A stretch of DNA of 64,000 nucleotides, from NCBI RefSeq assembly GCF_048593235.1, contig NC_133619.1, positions 249,440,454 through 249,504,453 on the forward strand. Reading direction: 5' to 3'. The position numbers were made by a program, and so were the translations under genes. Under the pieces are notes generated by a model, which did no database searches, had not been told where the DNA came from, and worked only from the letters and a program-made list of their open reading frames with translations. The stretch comes from Sminthopsis crassicaudata. Its lineage: Eukaryota. This document shows positions 52,255 to 64,000 of the stretch, in pieces (position 1 is the stretch's first letter; every line of letters begins with the position of its first letter).

Positions 52255-55200
52255 CAATGTGCAGCCAAGAATAACTTACCCAGCAAAAATGAGCATCTTT
52301 TTTCAGGGAAGAAGATGGACATTAAATGAAATAAATGAATTCCATCTATTCTTAATGAAAAAACTGGATCTAAACAAAAAGTTTGATCTCCAAATACAGA
52401 ACTCAAGAGATTTCTAAAAAGGTAAAAAGAAATCTTGAGAACTATATTTCTGCCATAAAGATAGATAAAGATCACATGTATAATTTGTTCTAGAAACTAG
52501 AAGTGGAAAGGAAATTATATCAGAAAAAAGGAGAGAGTGGTGGTACTACATCTTGAGAAGAGGCAAAGGTAACCTATTATATCTGAGAGAAAGAATGGAG
52601 GGGGATGAACAAAGTGTGTATCATATTCTCATTAGAATTGGCTTAAAGAGAAAAATATAGACATTCGACTTATGGTGAAACTCCTTCCACTTCAGTGAAA
52701 AGTGAAAAGTCAAGGAGTAAGCTAAGCTGAAGGGAATACAGAAATTGTGAGGAAAAGAGGTAAAATAGGGGGAGGGATACAAAAAGGGAGGGCTGTGACA
52801 AGCAAGTGGTGCTCACAAGTTTAATACTGGGAAGGGGGGGAAGAGGGAAGAAAAGGAGAAAAGCATAAGCAAGGGTTAACATGATGGCAAGTAATACAGA
52901 ATTAGTCATTTTAACCATAAATATGAATGGAGTAAACTCCCCCATAAAGAGGAAGCAGTTAGCAGACTGGATTAAAAGCCAGAATCCTACAATATGTTGT
53001 TTATAGGAAACACCTGAAACAGGGTGATACATACAGAATAAAGGTAAAAGGTTGGAGCAGAATCTACTATGCTTCAGGTGAAGCCAAAAAAGCAGTGGTA
53101 GCCATCCTCATCTCAGATCAAGCAAAACAAAAATTGTTAATTAAAAGAGATAAGGAAGGGCACTATATCTTGCTAAAGGGTAGCATAGATAATGAAGCAG
53201 TATCAATATTAAACATATGCACCAAGTGTTGTAGCACCTAAATTCTTAAAAAGAGAAATTAAGAGAGCTGCAAGAAGAAATACACAGTAAAACTATAATA
53301 TTGGGAGATCTCAACCTTGCACTCTCAGAATTAGATAAATCAAACCACAAAATAAATAGGAAAAAAGTCAAAGAGGTAAATAGAATACTAGAAAAGTTAG
53401 ATATGATAGATCTTTGGAGAAAACTAAATGGAGACAGAAGGGAGTACACTTTCTTAGCAGAACCTATACAAAAATTGACCATATATTAGGATATAAAAAC
53501 CTCAAACTCAAATGCAGTAAGGCAGAAATAATAAATGTATCCTTTTCAAACAACAATGCAATGAAAATTACATTCAATAAAAAGCCAGGGGAAAATACAC
53601 CAAAAAATAATTGGAAACTAAGTAATCTCATACTAAAGAATGATTGGGTGAAACAGCAAATCATAGACATAATAATTTCACCCAAGAAAATGACAATAAT
53701 GAGACATCATACCAAAATGTGTGAGATGCAGCCAAAGCAGTAATAAGGGGAAATTTTATATCTCTAGAGGCCTACTTACATAAAATAGAGAAAGAAAAGT
53801 TCAATGAATTGGGCTTACAACTAAAAATGCTAGAAAAGGAACAAATTAAAAAACCCCAGACAAACATGAAACTTGAAATTCTAAAAATAAAAGGAGAGAT
53901 TAATAAAATTGAAAGTAAAAAAACTATTGAATTAATAAAACTAAGAGTTGGTTCTATGGAAAAACCAACAAAATAGACAAACCCTTACTAAATCTGATTT
54001 AAAAAAGGAAAGAGGAAAATCAAGTTGTTAGTCTTAAAAATGAAAAGGGAGAACTCGCCACTAATGAAGAGGAAATTAGAACAATAATTAGGAGTTACTT
54101 TGCCCAACTTTATGCCAAAAAATTTGATAAATGAAATGGAAGAATACCTTCAAAGATATACCTTGCCCAAATTAACAGAGGAAGAAGTAAATAGTCTAAA
54201 TAGTCCCACTTTAGAAAAAGAAATAGAACAAGCTATTAACCAACTCCCTAAGAAAAAATCCCCAGGACCAGATGGATTTACATGTGAATTCTACCAAACA
54301 TTTAGAGAACAATGAACTCCAATGCTATTATAAACTATGTGAAAAAATAGGAATTGAAGGAGTCCTACCCAAATTTCTTTTATGACACAGGTATGGTACT
54401 GATACCTAAACCAGGCAGGTTGAAAACAGAAAAAGAAAATTATAGACCAATCTCCCTAATGAATATTGATGCTAAAATCTTAAATAAAATATTAGCAAAA
54501 AGATTACAGAAATTCATCCCCAGGATAATACTAAGTGGGATTTATACCAGGAATGCAAGGCTGGTTCAATATTAGGAAAGCTATTAGCATAATTGATTAT
54601 ATCAATAACCAAATTAACAGAAATCATATGATCATCTCAATAGATGCAGAAAAAGCATTTGACAAAATCCAATATCCATTCCTACTGAGTATAGGAATAA
54701 ATGGACTATTCCTTAAAATAATCAGGAGCATATATTTAAAACCATCAGTAAGCATCATAAGTAATGGGATAAACTGGAACCTTTCCCAGTAAGATCAGGA
54801 GTGAAACAAAGTTGCCCACTATCACCATTACTATTCAATATTGTATTAGAAACGCTAACCTTGGTAATAAGAGTCGAGAAAGAGATTAGAGGAATTAGAG
54901 TAGGTAATGAGGAAATCAAACTATCACTCTTTGCAGATGATATGATGGTATACTTAGAGAACCGCAGAGATTCCACTAAAAAGCTGTTAGAAATAATTCA
55001 TAACTTTAGCAAAGTTGCAGGATACAAAATAGATCCACATAAATCCTCAGCATTTTTATACATCACCAACAAAATCCAACAGCAAGAGATACAAAGAGAA
55101 ATTCCATTCAAAATAACTGTTGATAGCATAAAATATTTGGGAATCTATCTACCAAAGGAAAATCGGCAATTATATGAGCAAAATTATAAAACACTTGCCA

Positions 55201-57072
55201 CAAAAATAAAGTCAGATTCAAATCATTGGAAAGACATTAAGTGCTCTTGGATAGGCCAAGTGAATATAATCAAGATGACAGTACTCCTAAACTAATCTAT
55301 TTATTTAGTGCTATACCAATCAGACTCCCAAGAAACTATTTTAATGATCTAGAAAAAATAACAAAATTCATATGGAAGAACAAGAGGTCAATAATTTCAA
55401 GGGAATTAATGAAAAAAAATATCAAATGAAGGTGGCCTAGCTGTACCTGATCTAAAACTATATTATAAAGCAGCAGTAACCAAATCATTTGGTATTGGTT
55501 TAGAAATAGACTAGTTGATCAGTGGAATAGGTTAGGTTCACAGGGCAAAATAGTGAATAACTATAGCAATCTAGTGTTTGAAAAACCCAAAGATCCCAAC
55601 TTTTGGGATAAGAATTCATTATTTGACAAAAACTGCTGGGAAAACTGGAAATTAGTATGGCAGAAATTAGGCATGGACCCACACTTAACACCATATACCA
55701 AGATAAGATTAAAATGGGTCCATGATTTAGGCATAAAGAACGAGATCATAAATAAATTAGAGGGACAGAGGATAGTTTACCTCTCAGACTTGTGGAGGAG
55801 GAAGGAATTAGTGACCAAAGAAGATCTAGAGATCATTATTGATCACAAAATAGAACATTTTGATTACATCAAATTAAAAAGCTTTTGTACAAACAAAACT
55901 AATGCAAACAAGATTAGAAAGGAAGTAAAAGTAACAAACTGGGAAAACATTTTTACAGTTAAAGGTTCTGATAAAGGCCTCATTTCCAAAATGTACAGAG
56001 AATTGACTTTAATTTATAAGAAATCAAGCCATTCTCCAATTGACAAATGGTCAAAGGATATGAACAATTTCAGATGATGAAACTGAAACTATTTCCACTT
56101 ATATGAAAAAGTGTTCCAAATCACTGTTGATCAGAGAAATGCAAATTAAGACACAATTCTGAGATACCACTACACACCTGTCAGATTGGCTAAGATGATA
56201 GGAAAAAATAATGATGAATGTTGGAGGGGATGTGGAAAAACTGGGACACTGAAGCTCTGTTGGTGGAATTGTAAAAGAATCCAACCATTCTGGAGAGCAA
56301 TCTGGAATTATACCCCAAAAGTTATCAAACTGCATACTCTTTGATCCAGAAGTGCTACTACTGAGCTTATATCCCAAGGAAATATTAAAGAAGGGAAAGG
56401 GACCTGTATGTGCCACAAAATGTTTGTGGCAGCCATTTTTGTAGTGGCTAGAAACTAGAAAATGAATGGATGCTCATCAATTGGAGAATGGTTGGGTAAA
56501 TTATGGTATATGAATGTTATAGAATATTATTGCTCTGTAAGAAATAACCAGCAGAATGATTACAGAGAAGCTTGGAGAGACTTATATGAACTGATGCTGA
56601 GTGAAATGAGCAGAACCAGGAGATCATTATACACTTCAACAACAATACTGTATGAGGATGTATTCTGATGGAAGTGGATATCTTCAACAAAGAGAAGATC
56701 TAATTCAATTCCAATTGATCAATGATGGACAGAATCAGGTACATCCAGAAAAGGAACACTGGGAAATGAGTGTAAACTGTTTGCACTTTTGTTTTTCTTC
56801 CCAGATTATTTTTACCTTCTGAATCCAATTCTTCCTGTGCAACAAAAAATTCAGTTCTGCACACATATATTGTATCTAGGATATACTATAGCATATTTAA
56901 CACGTATGGGACTGCCTGCCATCTAGGTGAGGGGATGGAGGGAAGGAGGGGAAAATTCGGAACAGAAGTGAGTGCAAGGGATAATGTTGTAAAAAATTAC
57001 CCAGGCATATGTACTGTCAAAAAAAATGTTATCGTTATAAAATTAATTTAAAAAAATAAAAATTTTTAAAAA
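52255..57072 (+). mobile_element. About 4.8-kb L1 (ORF1 3' end, full-length but disrupted ORF2, 3'UTR)
   Basis: Endonuclease, RT ([16 protein letters not shown]) and CCHC segments are spread over several frames. Candidate 10-bp TSD GAAAATAAAA at 52245-52254 / 57073-57082, inserted in an older L1 tail. Confidence 0.92.
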
Positions 57073-59716
57073 GAAAATAAAAGACTGTTATTATAAAAGG
57101 GAGGCAAATTATTAGCTTTCAACATCTATAAGATTTTGGTTTCCATTTTTTCTCCTTTCCTCCCCAAGACAGCAATCAATCAGATGTGTTATACATGTAC
57201 AATTATATTAAACACATTTCTACATTAGTTATGCTATGAAAGAAAGAGAAAAAGCAAGAGAAAGACAAAAGGTAAAACAGCATGCTTCAATCTGCATTCA
57301 GACTCCATAGAACTTTCTTTGGATGTGGAAACCATTTTCCATCATGAGTCTTTTGGAATTGTCTTTGTCATTGTATTTCTGAGAAGAGCTAAATCTATCA
57401 AAGTTGATCATCTTCACAATGTTGCTCTTATTGTGTACAATGTTCTCCTGGTGCTGCTCACTTCCCTCAGCATCAGTTCATGGAAGTCTTTCTTTGGACA
57501 TGTATATTCAGCATAAGCCCAGGAATACATCCTTTTCTTCTTCATTCCAGTTCTCCAGGCTTTCTTTTTCTCCCTCTAGAGCTAAAAGCAATGCCTCTTT
57601 ATAGAGTTTTTATTCTCTTTTTCCTTTTTTCTTTTGTCCTTCTTTCAATCTGTCTTCCCCTCCACCAAAAAAAAGCAAGAAAATAGGGAAATTTGAAGCA
57701 CTTATTTTAAAAAATTCATTATTGTCCCATTTAAAAGATTTATTCTCTCCAACTGCTTTCTGAACTATATCAAAAACAACAACAATAACAATAATGAATA
57801 TGATAATAATAATAAACTATCAGTTAATATAATGTCTTAAGGTTTGTAAAACACTTGACAAATATTATCTCATTTGAATGTCACAATAGTCTTGGGAGGT
57901 AGGTATCCATCTTTGGTTATGTATGTTTAGAGCATTCCCTTCTCCTCAAATTCCCACCTTAGAGCACATTGTGCAAGACCAAGATTCCAATACCTGATAA
58001 GTCTATGATTCATTAAAATGTGTCCTTTCTCCACCTTTATAGGATATAACATTTCCATGTCATGCCATATTCACGATTTGGTATAACCAAAAGAAAAAAA
58101 TGCATTGCCTAATAACCAACGTGATGGAATATTTCTAATTTTTAATTTTTGTTATCTTTTGTTTAATTACCTCTATTTCCATTACCTGCATTCCCATCTA
58201 CCCACCCAAGAAGCCATCCTTGTAACAAAAAATACAAAAGGAAGGAAAAATAGTTGTTGAGTAAAACTGATTAATCTGTCAATAATCTGACAGAGTTCCA
58301 CATCCATGACCCCCAACTTTTGCAAAGGAGGAAGATACTCATTAAAGAAAGATCCATTTATTCCAATGATTTTAGTGTTATAAAGACCCTAAAATACCAG
58401 ATTCATGTATAAAATTTTATAAAATTGGGCCTATTTTAGTCAGGTGAGTTCTGCAGCTACACATATTGGTGATAGGATCATACAGTAATAATAGAAGTAG
58501 AAATAGATGAGACCTCAGAGATGGACCACCTAGTCCAATACTTTCACTTTAAAGAAAAGAAAAACTCTGGTAAGAGTGGAGTCTGTTTTATATAGACCTG
58601 ACTAGTTCCCCTTTAAGAGGGTAGGGAAGCCCTTTTCTGGATCATCATTAGTTTCTCTTTCTTCTTGCCTGCAGCATAGAGTTTTTGGTGGAATTCCCAG
58701 AACCCTATAGGGACATTCTGATAGGGCTGTTGTGGTGAATGCAGATACAGAGGGTAGTAGGATTTATCTCATTTGTGTCCTTTATGGCCCTGATTTCCTC
58801 AGGAGTCAGTTAAGGATCAGAAATCATGCTTCCTATCTTCAGCCTATCAATTCCTATTTCCATCTACATGGTCCTTTTTGTTATTATTATTAGATACATT
58901 ATCTTTTCTACTTTCAAGGCATGGTTCTTAAAAAGTTTTAAAAAAATGCATTTTCCTCTGCCTCTAATTGTTGAAAACCCAAAGAGAATTTATTTTCATT
59001 TTCTTTATGCTATTATACACTTTTAAAAAAAGTTAATAAGAGTCAGGGGATAATCAGTCTTGTACTATTTCTGCTTTCCCTCCAGGATCAGAGGGAACTT
59101 CTCTCTTATCCCATTAAGAGGGTTTCCTATACCAGCCTAAAACACTTGTTATCACTATAGAATGCTAAGGTACTATATCCAACCATCCAATCATGCAAGA
59201 ATCCATACCACTTCCATACCATCCTTTTCCCAATTCAAAAGTGAATTTAATCATGAAATCATAGCAATGAACCACTGCAGATTAACATCAAATTACACTG
59301 GGTCAGGACTCAGGCCAATCCAGTGATGTAGGTTCAGGATGATAATGCAATGAGACATTTGTAGACGATAAAAATGCAACAGAACAATTTTTCTTAAGAT
59401 AAAATTTAAAAGATTGCAATTGAAAGAAAGAAAGAGGAGAGAAAAGTAGAAAAGAGAGACAGAGAGAGAGAAAAAAAAACAGAGGAAAACAGATAGAGAA
59501 GCAGAATGTGAGTTATTGCTGGAATGGAACTGGAAATTTGGATTCAGTTTCAATAGAAGGTTTTGAACTGAATTTGTAGGACTATGAAAAGTGTGGATAC
59601 TGCAGCCAGTGAAAGCAAGTGTATTCTGTCAGTTTTTTAATACCCAGGTCATGGACAGTATTTGGGAAGCAATAAGAAGCACACTATGGAGATGAAAGAC
59701 AATTTTGAAGGCTCAG

Positions 59717-59723
<7 letters not shown>

Positions 59724-59777
<54 letters not shown>
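59724..59777. repeat. (AT)27 microsatellite
   Basis: Read directly from the sequence. Confidence 0.95.
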
Positions 59778-59780
<3 letters not shown>

Positions 59781-60169
59781 TTAGTCTATGTCAGAGACAC
59801 CAATAGTATTGTGGAAGCAGTTACTTATTTCCCAATCATTTAAGTGGGTCTTCTCCAAGGTGGGGGGATCTTAATGGAATGATTAATAGAACTTCAAACA
59901 AAATATCTCAGTGACCCAAACCCATCATTATCTCTACCTCTCCTCTGGAGATGATGAAAAAAGATACTATATTTCTGGAACATCTTGGCATTCAGAATAG
60001 AACCCTATATCTTTGCGAAGCAGCAAAAGGAGAAAGGGTGTTTTTTTTTTGTTTGTTTGTTTTTTTGTTATTTGTTTGCTGGGGGAGGGGGAAAAGAGGG
60101 AAGGAGAAGGGAAGTCACTACTTTGAATGAGTAATACTTTTAAAGGAGGAGACTACATTGCTGGAATTT

Positions 60170-60305
60170 TTTTCCCTGAGACAATTGGGGTTAAGTTACT
60201 TGCCCAGAGTCACACTGCCAGGACATGTTATGTTTCTGAGATCAAATTTGAACTCAAGTCCTCTTGACTTCAGGGCTGGTGCTCTATCCACTGTGCCATC
60301 TGCGC
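60170..60305 (-). mobile_element. CORE-SINE
   Basis: Reverse SINE core and head 'ctggtgctctatccactgtgcca'. Confidence 0.75.
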
Positions 60306-60962
60306 CTTTTGAAAGGAAGCCAAAGGCACCAGTAGAGAATGCTATTTCAGAAATACTGATTATCAGGCATATAGAAATGAACCTGTTTCAGATGAAAACT
60401 GTTGGAATAAATGCATCACTAGCTTTTTGAGAGACATTTGGAGATTGAAATACTGAACCAAAGGTTGAGCTATGAACTTCAAGGTCATATTGCAGTGTAT
60501 TTAGCTCCATAATTCAACCTCTGATGGACATAATTGACCAGTTGAATGATGTGTCATAATCTCACAGGACAGACAAAGCATGTAACACAAAAACTGGGAA
60601 TTCTTTGTGTGTATTAAGTACTGAGGAGAGGGTTGAGGGATGGGAGAACTTGTGGGGAGATTAATTTTTGGCACAACCTAGAAATAATGCCTATGTAATT
60701 GGAAGTGCTATGAACAGATCCTAGAACTGGCACAGGAAGGTCATTAGTATTAGTGTGGAGCTCAGAATCATCAATTCGAACAAGGCTGGAGCTTAGATGG
60801 GAGACAGCATTGAAGATTTCTAGGAGGGTTAGAAATAAGGTTTCCATTCCCCAGGATAATACTATTTATGATTTGTTCAGGTTCTGTTTTCAATGTGAGG
60901 AATACCAGCATCTAGGGCAGGTTTGAAGGTGAATGAGATGAGGTGAGATCTTTCAAGACAGT

Positions 60963-61354
60963 TGTGAAAATCGAGTAAGGCTTCATCTACTTCAGAGTTC
61001 GAGTAGGCCTGAAGGACTCTGAAGTTCGAGCAAAGGGCATTGCCTTCCCCTCCTATGACATTTCCCTATTTCATCCAAATATGGGCAACTACGTACTTAT
61101 TGGTCAAGTTCAATTTCATGGGTAGATCTCGCGTTTAGAATGTAAGACTCTCAGCCAATGAGGATGAGGGTCAGTGGTGGGAGGGGGCGTTTTGCATTAG
61201 GGATTAAAGGTGCTGTCCTGCCCACAGGAGGCGCTTCCTCTCTTCGATAGTCTACTCGAAGAGTGGGACGCCCTTCTCGTGAGAATGTACAAATAAACTT
61301 TGCTTTTCTCTAGAGCTCTCTCCAGCTTTTTTTTATTAAATGGTGTTCTCTCAC
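60963..61354 (+). mobile_element. CpG-retaining LTR abutting an assembly gap
   Basis: Starts TGTGA and ends ...CTCTCAC at the gap (expected TCACA). CCAAT box, TATA-like GATTAAA and AATAAA appear in LTR order. Confidence 0.75.
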
Positions 61355-61492
61355 NNNNNNNNNNNNNNNNNNNNNNNNNNNNNNNNNNNNNNNNNNNNNN
61401 NNNNNNNNNNNNNNNNNNNNNNNNNNNNNNNNNNNNNNNNNNNNNNNNNNNNNNNNNNNNNNNNNNNNNNNNNNNNNNNNNNNNNNNNNNNN
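61355..61492. other. Assembly gap (138 N)
   Basis: Run of N. Confidence 1.
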
Positions 61493-61566
61493 GAGGGCAG
61501 ATTTGAACTCAAGTCCTCCTGATTTCAGGGCTGGTGCTCTATCCACTGTGCCACCTAGCTGCCCCT
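61493..61566 (-). mobile_element. CORE-SINE 5' half (truncated by the gap)
   Basis: 'atttgaactcaagtcctcctga...ccacctagctgcccc'. Confidence 0.85.
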
Positions 61567-61949
61567 AAGGAAAGGGTTTCTTAATCTTTTTTTGTGTCCT
61601 GGACTTCTTTGGCAGTCCAGTAAAATTTAATACTATTATGCTTTATTGCCTTTATTCATAACTAAAGGAAATGATTAATTTCAGTTAGTGATTAGTAGAA
61701 ATATAGATATTTTTCTCTCCAAGTTAATGGACACTTTGAAATTTCTCCATTTCTGGGATCCTATTGGTCTTATACAGGAAACTCAAATTTGGGGTATTAC
61801 TATATCCTCTGCTTTCTGTGGACAATTTTCTTATATGGAAATTTAGTAAATAATTTATTCAGATAATTGGTAGGTGTATGTATTGAATAACATATTCTGA
61901 CTTATCCTCTCTTGCTAAATGGTGACCTATTTGGTCAACCTCCTCAAAC

Positions 61950-62068
61950 TTAGAAGCCATGTCTCTTATAAAATTTACTTCGGGCAAAAATATCGTTGGC
62001 GTAGTCATTTTCTACATCATTAGGGCTTACAATGACATCAATCCCTGATTTGTAGGCAGAGAGACCAC
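61950..62068 (-). pseudogene. LYG2: Goose-type lysozyme terminal exon, disrupted by +1/-1 indels (premature TGA at 62039-62037)
   Basis: TTTCAG| acceptor. Begins GGLSAYKSGI, and NDYANDIFARSKFYKRHGF* resumes in the same frame, but the block between is shifted and contains stops. Paralog name is from position next to MRPL30. Confidence 0.75.
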
Positions 62069-62682
62069 CTGAAATAGAACAGAAAAGCATTAGAACTCAA
62101 AGGAATTTCGATCAGAAATAGGAGAGGAAAATACTATCATGTCAGATCACTCTCCACAGTTTTCCCAAAAAGGGACTTTTTCTCCCTTTCTTTTTCTCCC
62201 CTTCTAAAAATACAGCATAACCTTCAAGCCATTTGGAAAATATTGGCTTGTCTTCTTGAATAGTCTATCTCTGATCAGAAATAAACTCTCTCTCCATTCA
62301 TCTCCATTGTGAGCATCTTTGTTCTTATCCTGTAGATATTTGCAATTGCTAAAAGTGGTTTTCCCATCCAGGTATCTAATTGAATATTGGCAAGTATTAT
62401 TACTTTAAAATATTTGATTGTCTTGGACTACGAAAGAAAATAATGACTATACCTAGTCCTTGATTTCAAGAACAACAATTGTTTACACATGAAAATTTGT
62501 TTCCTGAGTCACAGGATTGAAAAAGTCCTCAGGGAATAATTAATCCAATCTTTAGCTGAACAAGATATGATATCTTCGTTGCTGCCAGTAGCAACAAGTA
62601 GCAAGTAATGCTTGGTCAAGATAATGGTCAGGTCAGAAGTAATTTTATTCACTATTCATTTCAACAAATAAACTTGACTCAC

Positions 62683-62821
62683 CTTTCAGGTGTTGAGTCA
62701 TGGTCCAGGTTGGGAATTTTCTCTGGATTGCTTTAATTTTGTCAGTTAGGATCTTTACAGCCTGTATAAGGTGTTCTTCACTGTCCCAGGCTCCAGTAGG
62801 ATTATAAGTATGTTTATCAAG
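62683..62821 (-). CDS. LYG2: Goose-type lysozyme penultimate exon (LDKHTYNPTGAWDSEEHLIQAVKILTDKIKAIQRKFPTWTMTQHLK)
   Basis: TCTAG| acceptor, G|GTGAGT donor, 139 nt, intact; g-type lysozyme motifs GAWDSxEH and KFPTW. Upstream exons were not found and probably lie beyond the window. Confidence 0.9.
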
Positions 62822-64000
62822 CTAGAAAAATGAAATAACAAGGTCAGAATCCCTGGGAGAAAATATATAGTTTTTCTTCCAAATTCATTTTTTATTTCTC
62901 AGATTTTGAGCTTTCCTCCTTATTTACCCACAAAGGGTTATTTCTCAAGTTGTTTCTTTTCTTCAGTGAGAAAAAAAGACAATGTCAGAAGGTTTAGGGC
63001 ATCTCCTAGTTCCACTACTTTCTAGCTGTTACCATAGGTAATTCACTTAATATCTCTGAGCTTTGATTTCCTCATCTTTATTTAAGAGAATTATTGTGAG
63101 GATCAAGTGGAATAAGGTACAAATCACTTTGTAAACTCTAAAGCATTATATAAATGGAAGCTATGATTTTAAAAAACGTTTGGAGTATTGGACAGCTCCA
63201 GCATGGAAAAAAAAAAAAAAGAGATAACATTCAAAAGCAAATTGGCTACTCAAAAGGTCACAATAAAAGCAAGATGTTGCTTTTAAACAGTTATTCTAAA
63301 AATAATAATTTATATTTGTGATAGAGAAGGTGCCTTCATTAATATGATTAAAGACCCATCAAAGAACCAACATTCATACTTATAAGATTTATGAAGTTCT
63401 TGCTTCAAAATAATCCTAGTACTGAGGAAACAGTCTCAGAAAAGTAAACTAACTCAAGTTTACATAGCTAGTTAGGGTTCAATATCAATTATCCAGTAAT
63501 GTATAGCAAATACCCATGTCTAACTAGAGACTTTGCTTTACTGCTTAGAGAGTTAAAGTGACTATCTAGATAATTCAAAATTTCCTACCTCTCTTCTCCC
63601 ATAACAACCAATCCTTAAGTTAGTTAGGAGTGAGGAATATTAATAAGTTAGTATTTTGGTTCAAAATGATAAAAATTTACTTTCATTTTCAATTGTGCTA
63701 GGAAGAACAGTCTTGTATTAATATAATTACTATAAAAAAATTAACTGGGCAAAATGTGCATTTATAGACTCTTATAACTGTCCTTATTTGAAGCATAGTA
63801 TGCAAAAATCACAAAGACCTGAATTCTAGCCAACCTGACATATCCTAGTTGGGTCCCTAGGCCTCTGACACTTCTCAGTGTCCCAGACAACTCTCCAAGG
63901 CTATAAGCTGCAGAGCAGGAACCAATCTATATTGGAAGAGCGAATTTCCTTAGAAGTCCCTTCTACCAGAATGATCATAGGGCTAATCCAAATAATAACT

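Overview
Mammalian genomic DNA, by repeat content a marsupial and probably a dasyuromorph (inference from CORE-SINE and L1 sequence style; species not determinable here). The window is syntenic to the human 2q11.2 cluster TSGA10 / C2orf15 / LIPT1 / MITD1 / MRPL30 / LYG2. Exon structures reconstructed by hand from splice sites: C2orf15 (+, single coding exon, 91 aa), LIPT1 (+, single coding exon, 373 aa), MITD1 (-, 7 exons, 250 aa, one GC-AG intron), MRPL30 (+, 5 coding exons, 161 aa) and the last two exons of a goose-type lysozyme (LYG2 position, -). The lysozyme terminal exon carries two compensating 1-nt indels with in-frame stops between them. Three CpG-island promoters (about 1.3-3.0, 28.6-29.5 and 43.2-44.2 kb) look bidirectional. 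Most remaining sequence is transposon-derived: old and young L1, L2, CORE-SINEs, an LTR cluster and hAT relics. There is one 138-N gap. The most interesting points are the disrupted lysozyme exon, a myristoylation-type N-terminus on the uncharacterised C2orf15 microprotein downstream of an X-box-bearing promoter, and two about 99% identical young L1 copies, one with a short 3' transduction. Comparisons with human proteins are from memory, not database searches. Boundaries of old repeats are approximate.
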